Below are positions 47,200-58,149 of a stretch of DNA of 64,000 bases, one piece after another. The notes beneath the pieces are model-generated. The model ran no database searches. It was not told the origin of the DNA and saw only the letters and a list, made by a program, of their open reading frames with translations. The position numbers and the translations under genes are program-made. Position 1 is the stretch's first letter. Each line of letters begins with the position of its first letter. This stretch comes from Harriotta raleighana (lineage: Eukaryota): positions 3,132,073 through 3,196,072 of the forward strand of contig JBNZDD010013650.1 in NCBI GenBank assembly GCA_050575255.1, written 5' to 3'.

Positions 47200-47512
47200 C
47201 AGCCCCGACCCCGTCTCTACACTCTCGCACACTTTCGAGCAGGGGTCACCACATAGATATCTGGAGCAAGACTCCAGGTTGTTTCCCTCCCCCACCACAC
47301 TCTCTCATCCCTACCTCTAGGGGCACTATAGCCAATTGTAGTTCCCTACCACAGCCTTCAACAACAAAACAACAAAATTACATTTATATAGCCTTGACTG
47401 AAATGAGCTGAGTCACTCAGCCCAAACTAGGATTTTAAACTTGAAACTTTCTCTATGTTTACACCTGTTTCAAATCAACTGACTGGCTTATCAATTGAGC
47501 CATCAGGGAAGC
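47200..47512 (-). mobile_element. Ancient SINE-like repeat with tRNA-like head
   Basis: Minus strand starts GCTTCCCTGATGGCTCAATTGATAA, and the body matches the 20470 family (CTGCTCGAAAGTGTG). A short L2-type tail interrupts it near 47358-47392. Confidence 0.5.
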
Positions 47513-48764
47513 TCGTCCATCGTTTGCTCATGCCCTGTATACCATAGGAAGTGAAACAGTTTAGTATTTTTGATTTGGTCAAAGTATACATGTTTTCTTG
47601 CAGTGTGATGTGTTACAGTTTATATGGTACTTGCGTGTCCTTTTACAAGCTCTGCCAATGATGATGGCACAGAAGGCTTGACATGGTCAGGATCTGATGA
47701 ACAGTGAAGGTGATTTGAGACAGCATTCCAACATGTGGTTACATTTAGGCCGCACATGATCTCTGGGCGTGACATTGGATGGGCTTGGATTGTCTCCCGA
47801 TATTTGTTCTTTTATAATTGAGGCTATTGGAGGAAAGTCAGGATACCAACAACAAATTACATTTGTGCTTTGCCTTTCACATTAGGAGGATATCCCAAGG
47901 ATAAACCATTATGTTACCAAGTTTCAAACTAACAATTAATGAGTTGTTCAATAGTGAAATATAGTGGCATTTTTATCTGTACTTCATGCTTACTGGGTCT
48001 CTGATGGCTCAATGTTTACCAGAACTCCTTTTCCCTTTGAAATGTTGTTGGGTAGAAGATACTTGCTCAGTGGTCTGACTGTGAGAGCTCACCCCTTGCT
48101 GTGGTGGATCTCATTCTATGCCTTTTCCCAAAGAGTGGTCAGGATTGGAAACGTGCTGTGTAGGAATGGGAATGCTCACTCCACTCTGTGACTGGACACT
48201 CAAGTGGTAAATTGATCATGGTTGTTACTGATTCTGCAGCAGGAAATGGATAGTAATGGATATGTCAAACTGTACAGAATCTATACAGATTTAAGAAGAG
48301 AAAGAGATTTCTCCTGGCAATAATCCGTCAAATAAAATTAGTTATTCACTTCATGGATGTTCGTGGGACATTACTATGGGTAAATTGCCTGCTGCGCTTC
48401 CCTACAAAATATGCAATAATTGAATGGTTTATAATAAAGTTCCTGATCACTGGAAGTTAAGATACAGACTTCAATCTAAGTGAAGGGGTTCAGATAATTT
48501 ATATGTAGAATACTGAGTGGATCGTTGGGAGTAATTTGGAAATTAGAATCCCACCAAAACATCAACCATGGACTTCGTGGGCTGACATCTAATGCTCAAT
48601 GCCATAAGAACCAAAGTGACTACTTAAAGTATTCTGCTTTTAAATCCTTAACAAACCTAAGTGTTTATTGATCAAGAAGTTTGAGTGGTTTCTAATAAAG
48701 TTTATCAATTCTAAGCATAGATGTCACATGAAGACTTCTTGCTCACCATCTATATTGAAACTTC

Positions 48765-49060
48765 TCAGTGACTGAGGAGCACTGCACTGGATGGATGTGC
48801 TATCCTTCAGATGAGATGTAAAACCGAGGTCCCATCTGTATTTTTGGTTGGTCACTAAAGATTTAAGAAGAGAAAGAGATTAATCCTGGCAATAATCCGT
48901 CAAATAAAATTAATTATTCACTTCATGGATGTTCATGGGACATTACTATGGGCAAATTGCCTGCTGCGCTTCCCTATAAATTATGCAATAATTACACTTT
49001 ACAGTGAATCCATTGAGGAGTATCCTCCAAATGTGAGGAGTATCAAATCAAGAATTATTT
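48765..49060 (+). mobile_element. Old DeuSINE (SacSINE1/AmnSINE1-like)
   Basis: ACTGAGGAGCACTGCACTG...CTTCAGATGAGATGTAAAACCGAGGTCCCATCTG matches the recalled Deu-domain consensus. Confidence 0.7.
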
Positions 49061-51184
49061 ATAGATGGTTGAATATTGTGATTCACAACATTGGCAGTCA
49101 AACCTTCCTGATAGGATCAAAGCCACTATCTAGTCACCAAATGGGAATATCCCCCACATTATTGCTGTGCTCATGAAGCCTGCAGTCCCCAAATGGGAAT
49201 GATTACAGTTTATGCCTCTGCCAGAATCGTTTATGTTTGCCAATGCCTTTGGCTAGACTACCTCTTTCAGAACGTCTCTGTGGCTTTCAAGCAGAATTAT
49301 ACACCTTCGTAGAAACTAAGGCACTCTAAGGCGAAATCATCATTCCACGATCGTGAAGATTATCAATAAATATTGTTAACAGGAGTGGTTTCAGAACTGA
49401 TCCCAGGAGAATACTGCTGGTCCCTGCTGCCTAACTGGAACCATCACCAATGCTCACTCCCTCTGTTTCCCATTACCCAGCCAATTCATTATCCAATTTA
49501 CAACATCCTTCTGATCGCTCTCGATTACAATCTTGAACGTCTGCATGAAGGACAGCTCTGTGTGTGGCTTAGCCATGGAGGCAGCACAACTCTCACATAA
49601 CCTCATTAGCTGAAAAAGACTGCATGTATTTCTAATAGCAGATTAGCTTCTCTTCTCTGAGAGACAGGTTATTACATATTTGTGTAGCAATTCATTTTGA
49701 AAATAGAAACAAGAGTTCTCTAAATTCTCACAGGATAAGAATTTTGTTTTTCAATAGCTAGGCTGGAGCATGTGGTCCCTCCTCCTGTAGTTTCAGTCCT
49801 AAGCAAGTCCCGAACAGTGCACATAAATAAATGAGCAATAAATAGGTAAATGATAAATAATTTAACAGCACATAAAGCTGTTTGTGGGAAACTGCTGTGC
49901 ACAGATTGAGTACCCCAGTCTCTACACCTTACAGTATATCTGGTAAAACATTTAGAAACATTCTCCCAACATGAAAAACGTTGTGTTAAACAAGAATTAT
50001 TATTGTTATTCTTTTAATTTTCATTTTGTATTTTACGTTCAAACAATGGGTTAGTTTCAGACACAAATCCTTTATCTAAAACGTATAATTAATTATCTTT
50101 ACATTGTTAGAACATCTCAAAGTGGTTCACAGGATTGACTGTAAGGTGTAGTAAATGTATTTGTAGGCAAGCTGTTTGGGTGACAGGTTCAAATCTAATC
50201 AAAAGGTTTGGATGGTTTATATATTATTATATTGAAATGTTCCTGCTCAGCGCTGAGCTTTAGGTTTCAGATGGTTTGTGTGTATATATAGAATAATGCA
50301 TTCCCAGGACTGTGTTATAGGTTGGAGTCTATTTGAAGGATTTGGATGGTTTATATATGTATATATAGAGTGAGAGTGAGACATTAATATTCCCAGCAGT
50401 GATTTACAGGCTGAAATTTGCTGAAGTGGGTTGGATAACACTGGCCATAATTTAAACAGGTGTGATTGGAATGTGATGTGGTTGCCCACAGTATTTTCAT
50501 CTTACCTGATGTAAAGACCTCACCAAAGAGTTGTGTGTGATGCAGCTCCTGAAGGTATATTTGGACACCGCTTGCAGTTTATAACCAAGAAACTCTGCTG
50601 TGTTTATGATGGTTTCACTCACTTATGCCTTCTTTGGAAGATGTGAAAAAAAATACTTTGAATGAAAGAATTTACAAGGAAATAAACTTTTAGTTACTGT
50701 GGTTTGGTCGACTTGATTGTGTTCTGCATCCTGTGGTAGTTGCGATCACAGCCACATGCTGTGACAACTCAATGATAATCTATGGTTTTGTGGCTTTGCT
50801 CAGGCAGACTTGGCCTGCACTCAGTGACTGGCCTGGAGTATGTGGTAAACCACATGTCTATTCCCACTATTTCTTCTCCAGAAACTGGACCCAAAGCACT
50901 GTCAATTGCTCAGTAAACTTGGAATTATGTTCAAATTAATATGAGAATATCTTTTACTTGGACTAACCTGCCTCAGTGTTTTTTTTAAAAAAACACCTAC
51001 CTTCTTTGGCTGCTGTCACTGGACCTTAGTGCATTGCTGTCAGGAATTTCTGTCTGCCCACCAGAAATTCCTAAGAAAAAATGAAGGTAAAACTGAGGAT
51101 TTCTAAAAGCAGATGATAAATAAATAATGATTTGTAATGGTTAGTGTGACATTTAGAACAGTTTCAATTATAACTTCAATTTTA

Positions 51185-51477
51185 TAATAATAATCCTTGC
51201 ATTTGATATAGCCCGTTTCACGTCTTCCAGATGTCTCAAAGCACTTCACAGATTATACTGTAAAGTGAATTGCCTGTATATTTGTGGGCGAAACGTGGCA
51301 GACAATTGTGCACAGCAGTGTTCACAAACCATCGTGGATTGAGTGACCACATTTTTTTGTAGATTATTATCAGGTGTGTTGAGTAAGGAAACTTGCCCAA
51401 GTTTCGCTCAGCCGAAAATCTCACTCAGGTCTCTCGCTAGTGAGGTGAGTGCTGTAACCACTGAAGTACAGGTCTCC
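51185..51477 (-). mobile_element. Full-length SINE, short variant
   Basis: Tail, body and head, GGAGACCTGTACTTCAGTGGTTACAGCACTCA on the minus strand. Confidence 0.9.
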
Positions 51478-52034
51478 ACTAATTGTGAAGCTGAGCAAAA
51501 ATATATTTAAAAGTGCAACATCCTTCTGCAATTTTACATGTCAGGTCAAATCCACTCCATCCCTCCCTCCCTCTTCCCTTCTGCCTTTCCACCTGGGCAA
51601 AGAATCCTGATGGAAAAAATCTCTTTCATATCAATAGTCTTCAAAAACTATAATATTCCACGAGACAATCCATTCCTATCATTAGCTATCCACAAATGGT
51701 ATTTATCTAATTATCTTGTATCCACATCAATTTTCCTATCTGAAGAAACTGACTCATGCTGATTCTCTGGGAGATGTGAAAATGACACTCAAGTGAATGG
51801 TGAAAGTCTACTAACTTTACAATTTGTAAGCTTTTGTGAAATATAGTATAAACGCAGAATAAAGATCAGCACACGAGAGACTGTAACAGTGCATAGTTTG
51901 TCAACCTTCTTGTACGGAATGAATCGCAGCAGGTAATTTTCATGAATCTAGTGGAACCTGCATATAATAGTTGTGAATATACCTATAGGGATGTGCAAGA
52001 AATTAGTGGGCTTTGTTGGGAATTTGAGATTCTA

Positions 52035-52312
52035 GTCTAGGCTGACATGCCAATGCAATTCTGGGGGACTGCCTCACTGTCAGTGATGCCCTCCTACGGA
52101 TTAAATGTTAAACTGCCTACATTAAAGAGCTTGACTCGAAAAGAGTAGTTTCTCTCAATATCCTAGCCAACTATTCCCCAAACAAAATTGATGGGACATT
52201 GCTGCTTGTAAATAGAATGACACATCCACCTACAAATGCACAGTCACTACACTATCCAGTGAGGCGTTTGAGGTGTTTTAATGGTGTGATAAATTGCTAT
52301 TCCAAATACAAG
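52035..52312 (+). mobile_element. Old DeuSINE, degenerate
   Basis: TCTAGGCTGACATGCCAATGCAATTCTGGGGGACTGC...GATTAAATGTTAAAC...GGGACATTGCTG. Confidence 0.6.
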
Positions 52313-52430
52313 CAAACTAACTTATATCAAACCATTCACCTGACTGCTAGATACGACTTGTAGATAGGATTATTTGTGTGTATGTGTGGGTGTGTGGAAG
52401 TGGGGGGAGACATCAGAACTTGTAGAGTAC

Positions 52431-52435
<5 letters not shown>

Positions 52436-52463
<28 letters not shown>
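52436..52463. repeat. (TTA)n microsatellite
   Basis: Directly visible. Confidence 0.9.
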
Positions 52464-52464
<1 letters not shown>

Positions 52465-55033
52465 GTAGATAGAGTATCCAGTGGAAGTTTAGTCAAAATA
52501 CTTACCTTGTGTTATTCAGACGCTGTCCTTCATGATTTTACTGCCTTGGGATTTTCAAACCAACCAAAAAGTTATATTAAAAATAAAGGAACATAGACAT
52601 AAGACACAAAGCATTTCCCAGCATCTTACAAGCCTATGGGCTTTGGTAGCTTTCAGAAGACGTCCCAACCACAAGCCTGCTACCTTGCATTCCGCCTTTC
52701 ACGATTTTCTTGCACTTTTATAAAGTGCTTTTTGTGCCTGTGTTCTAATTGAACAAATCTTCGTCTGGAAGCTAATTTCAAGCACATTATAGAAATGCAA
52801 AAAAAGCAATTGAGGGCTTTCATGATGTTTGTTGGCACTTTCTACAAAAAAATAGATAAATATTGCACCACAAAACAAGCAGGCAACTAACTAAGCCTGA
52901 TTATAAAGTGGTTTCCTCTGAGAGAGAGAGAAAAAAGTTGCAAACAATTGCTGTTTGAGACGCAAACAGAATGCAGGAGCCAGGAAAAGTGATGAGGGCA
53001 GATCTCAGATAAACATGAATTAGCATTCGGGGTTGATATTTACTGCCACCGAAGACAAGCTATTTATTTTGTCTGAGCAAAAGCAAGAGCAAAAAGAAAA
53101 GGTTCCATTGCGCGTTTTCTTTGGGTTTTCCTTGAACCGTGTAAACCGAATTGAATGAAATAGGCGACGATTTTACACAGTGTTAAAAGCTACCTTCCTT
53201 TTAGCTCAGTCGATGTCGTGGCTCGTAATTCCACCAATGTGTTTTTTTTCTTACAATCAAGGCATTTGCAACCAGAATGGCTGCACTTGTAACGTTTTTT
53301 TTAATGTGCTGAAATGAAACCAGGTCTTATTGAAACCTTTATGAATGTAGATTATTAACGTGGATTGGAAACCGACCAGACCCCAATAAGCCTGCAACGT
53401 GCTGTGAGATGCTCTCTGCGACTCATTGCTCGTGGTGTGTGTGTGTGTGTGTATGTGTGTTGTGGTTGGAACCTAAAATCAATCCAAGTCACTTTTCTCT
53501 TCACAAAAAGCAGCCAAGAGTGATCTATCAAACTTAGCATCATTTTACCTTTCGGTTGCTTTCGACTCTTGTTTGTTCCCAGCTTGTGAGCAACACAAGT
53601 GTGTGTGTGTGTGTGGGGGGGGGGGGGTAGAACGATTCAATCAGTGAACGCAAAAAAGGGGGAGGTTTTGCATCGTAAATTGTTTAAGGCGTCGAGTCAA
53701 CAATGCAACTGACATGAAATGCTGACTCGCACTGTTTACGTTCGACGTCAGATTGAATTAGGGCGTTGAAACCACACAGCAGACAGTGTTGGTGGTGGCC
53801 GCTTGCCTTTGTACAGATGGGAAGCCTTTAACAACTTGGAGTGANGAGTGACTCCCCCCCCCCCCCCCCCCCCCCCCACCTCCTGCATATATTAAATCTC
53901 ACAGGCGCCAGATGAGACTTTTTATCACAGTGAGGATCATATTTTGTTCGCCTCTCCCGCAGACGAGGAACCATGGGAGCACCCAGCTCTCACCGCTCTC
54001 TCAGGGACTCTTAAACAGAAACAAATGATGGTTAAATTGTTCTTTTTGGACTTTACGCCCTCCCCGACTGTGACTGGGAAAGAAGGCTGTGGCGACCTGA
54101 AGCCTCGCGTTGCTCTGATTCAGTCAGGCATTCCCCAGCATGGGATGGAAATGGGCAATGAGAGAACAAGACTCACGTATTTTTTTAGACCTCGACGCGA
54201 CACAGATTACATTTTTTGTTAACCCACAACCCCCCCCAAAAATAACACACACACACACACAAATCCACCCCACTCATCCCACTGATCAAGAAACGGCCCC
54301 TCCGACCCCCCCCCCCACCACCACCAGCAAATCACCTCGAAATACTGATACCTCAATAATAATTTGGGTTTCTATTTATCTCCACACAAGATCAGATTGA
54401 TTTCTGACAACATATCCACTGGAGGAAAAGTACAGGGACGCGTTTCATTCTCTGAAACAAATGCAAGTAATAAGACTGAAAGTGACAGGAAGGGAAAAGA
54501 TGATGAATGAATTTTCCCCAGGTTGTTAATGACAATCTTAAGTTAAATGGTGGAGAACGGGCAGTGTGGACGGTAAGGTCGCCTGAAGTGTTAAATGACT
54601 GTCCCAAGAATATACACATGTATATTTTAACTCTCAATATACCCAGATATGACTGAGGCCGATTAAAACGTCAGAACTCGATCCATTAAAGCCATCGTAT
54701 TTTTTTGGGGTGTGTGTGTTGAAATGGTTGTGTTGGGGAGTTGGGAGGGAGGGGGCAAGAGAGAGAGAGAGAGGGGGGAGTTCAGAGTCCTGTAATATGG
54801 ATTGCTCAAAGGTTAGGGTCAGACAGTATTATTGCATTTTGGCTCCAGTGGTTCGCCTCCTCATGATTAGTAGAACATCGTGAGTAAATACTTTGTGGAT
54901 TTAGACAGTGTACTCTCCTTCTGTCAGACAGCTACGAAGAATAACTCGCCACGATGACACTCACCCATGAAATGTAGCATCTTTTGGGGAGGGGGGAAAA
55001 TACTTGAGTTGGCTAATTTAAATCTACAGGTAT

Positions 55034-55038
55034 CTATA

Positions 55039-55076
<38 letters not shown>
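55034..55076. repeat. Compound (TG)n(TA)n microsatellite
   Basis: Directly visible. Confidence 0.9.
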
Positions 55077-55619
55077 ACTGAGGAACCCACTCAGTGAAAT
55101 GCGAAATCCTCACCAGTGATTTCAGTCGATGGGCAAAATCAGAGTCAACACCAGACGGTGGCTCTGGAGAGATCAGCCAAATTAATGGGCATTTCTCACC
55201 AGAGCTGGGCGCCGAGTGCGTTGAACCGGCGATGGTTTTTATTGGAACCATAGGTTGGTTTAGGCAGAGGTTTGCACCCCCAAACTGCGCTGACTGACGC
55301 GATTCCTTCCTCGTTTAAGAAAAAAAAAATTCAGGATTTTGCAATAAAACAAATTCTTGAAATTGCAAACTGTATTAAAACTCGGGCAGAAGATCCGGGC
55401 CATCTATATAAGCTTGTTGCATTTGCTGCCCGCTATATGCGTTACTTTGAAGTGTTTCTCTCCTCCCACCTCCCCCATGTCTCTGACAGTTTCAAAGTCG
55501 CGCAACGTTCGGGTGATTTAATGCCGAGTTATTCATCTGCCTTTTGAAATAACGTGTAGAATGTAGCCTCAGTCCCTTTAAGAAAATACCATTGCATTTC
55601 AATTGTAAATAGAAGATTT

Positions 55620-56010
55620 ATCATCAAATGCTGTGGGGACGGAGTGCATTTCATGTCAAAAGGTTCATTTAATGTTCAACGTTCATTTCACTTTGTTTCG
55701 CTGTCAGCTGACAAGCGTCTATTTCCCATTGTATCAAAAGCAAGAACTCAGCGGAACCCACCCCCCCCCCCACCCCCAAATCTCACCCCCAGCCCGCCCA
55801 ATAAGGGAATGCTATAGCAACATCTCTTCTTTAATATTCCGCTGTGACAACTATAAAACGCGATTAGAAATTCATCCCGTCGTGATAAAAAGGCTTCGCT
55901 GGCGCCCAGAAGATTTGATATGTGACCGTAAATATGCCGAATCGTGTTTTAATTACTTCACGAATACCTCAGGTATTAACGAGGATCAAAGAGCCCAGAG
56001 ACATTTATCA
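55620..56010. promoter_or_regulatory. Candidate enhancer / conserved non-coding element
   Basis: Repeat-free block that retains CpGs, with palindrome TGTCAGCTGACA (55702-55713), Sox-like CTTTGT/CATTGT, TCF-like ATCAAAG and TGGCGCC (55900-55906). Motif evidence only. Confidence 0.35.
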
Positions 56011-58007
56011 GAGTGGGTGGAGGGGGGGGGTGGGGGAGCGTTGTGAAGTATATTTTCGGCCGATGGATGCCCCCCTGACAGAGCTTTGTGAGGGGACAGG
56101 GGTCACGTTCCCGCTTTGTGACTCTTTCCCTTTGGTGTCTCTGACTCAGGTGCTGCAGTCAGTCCCTCTGGTGCATCTGTTGGCTGGAGTGGATAGGGAC
56201 CCGGAGACCGCTAGAAATCTGCTTTAAAGCTTTCTAAATCTGCTGTGCCGGCGCGGGTGGCTTTGTACCCCGTGTGGGGAATCGATCGCATGCTTCTGGT
56301 GACTATTCCTCTGGAGTTAAATGTTGACGGGTTGAAGTACTTTGTGTTATCACCTTCTTTATCTCCACATCTCATCGACTGGAGCCAGTGAGTCATGGGC
56401 TGGAAATATTTTAAACCCATCCAGTTACTATTCCCAGGATTTTCTCTTTTGGATTTGCCTTTGGCGGATGAAATTCTCTCCCCCCCGCCCCCCACCCCGC
56501 CCCCCTCCTCTCCCCCCTTTAATATAACCTTGTCAATGTGACATGTCGCTATTGTCTATGCTATTCCAACAGTTTGTAAACCTTCAATCGAGGCTTTTTT
56601 TTAATGCAGAAAAAAGCTGTTCATTCTGAATTTGGACACGGATAATCGCATGTAAGGAGGATACGTTATGTTTTATCTATTTAATGACCACATCGGCAGC
56701 TTGGGGGTAGAGGAATCATGCCTCTCCTAAGGTGTGGGAGTAATACTATTTCCATCTCATTAGAGGTGTCTATAGAGACCAGCACCTCATCTCATGTTCC
56801 ACCAGCGTCCCTGTATTATGACTGCTCTCTAACCTTCCTGATCCAATAAAGTCATTCTCTTTTAAGACCATAAACTGACATTGAAATAATGGTCTATCTC
56901 AGTTTTTTCTTGGGGGGGGGGGGGGGGGGTGGTGTGGGGTTAACTGATATTATACCAACTGATTAGTGTTATGGGACAGTGTCAGAACCCCGCCAGTACA
57001 TATTACCATTCCTGTTCCAGAGATGTGAGTGTATCTCTCTCCCACTCGCCTAGGCACCTTTGAAGTTGAATGAAACAAACCTGAGGATGAAACCAAGTTT
57101 ATGCCCACTCCCAACAACAACAAAAAACGAGTGACGGGGACAGATGCTGCCTTTGTGTGCAAGTCAAACCGATCTTACTGTCCTGTACGCTCCCCCCCCC
57201 CCCCNNNNNNNNNCCTCCCCCCCCCCCCCTCTCTCTGGTTGACTTGCACTGGGTACAGTCGGGTCAGTTTAATGCTCGCCTTCTCTTGCCCATGTCATTG
57301 GCAAATAATTTGTCAGCGGCACGCGTTTGCGTGAAGCCCCTCATGGCTTCTGTTTCTTTCCCGGCTCCCATTATTATTTTCAGGGTGTCTCGGTGAACGG
57401 GTTTTTGTTCTCCATCCGGCAGGGATGGGACTGAATGCACTGGCTGCCGGCAGATAAGTCTCGATGCATGACATCTCCAGTTTGGAAAGCTCCCACTCGG
57501 GGAGTTATTCACTCCTGATATGCAGTGAGGTTAACTGGTGTCCCTTTAAACACAACAGGGAGTGAATCCCNNNNNNNNNNNNNNNNNNNNNNNNNNNNNN
57601 NNNNNNNNNNNNNNNNNNNNNNNNNNNNNNNNNNNNNNNTGAATCCCCCCCCCCCCCCCCCACCCCCCACACACACACACACACACACTCTTTGTCCCCC
57701 CGTCCCCCGTCCCCCCAGTGCATCACCAAACGCAAACGGTATATTTTTTTCTTTCCTTTTTTTTATTAAAATATAAGATAAAGCTCTCCCACAGTTTTAC
57801 TGGGAGTGAATTGTAAAGAATCCACGATCGTCAACGCCGTTGGTTATTTGATACCGGGATGAAAGGATGCTATTTCCATGCAATCTCACATGCTGTGCAG
57901 AATGTGTAGAATCTGCTATCAAAGTCGCTGCGGCTTTGTCCTGATTGAAATGTGGCATTGCGAAAGGCATCATTGGCGAGATGACAGTTGATGGTGTTAC
58001 ATGTGAT

Positions 58008-58149
58008 GATAATAATCATTGCATTCGCTATACTGCGGTGGCTTATCGAGGCATTGAGACGTCTCAAAGCGCTTCCCATGATATGCACTGCAGCGGGCGT
58101 TTCACCAGTCGCTCACAATTCGCCGGACAGTGAATGGCCAATTTTATTT
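58008..58149 (-). mobile_element. Diverged, CpG-rich SINE 3' fragment
   Basis: ATAATAATCATTGCATT...GAGACGTCTCAAAGCGCTTC is the reverse complement of the SINE tail. Confidence 0.6.
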
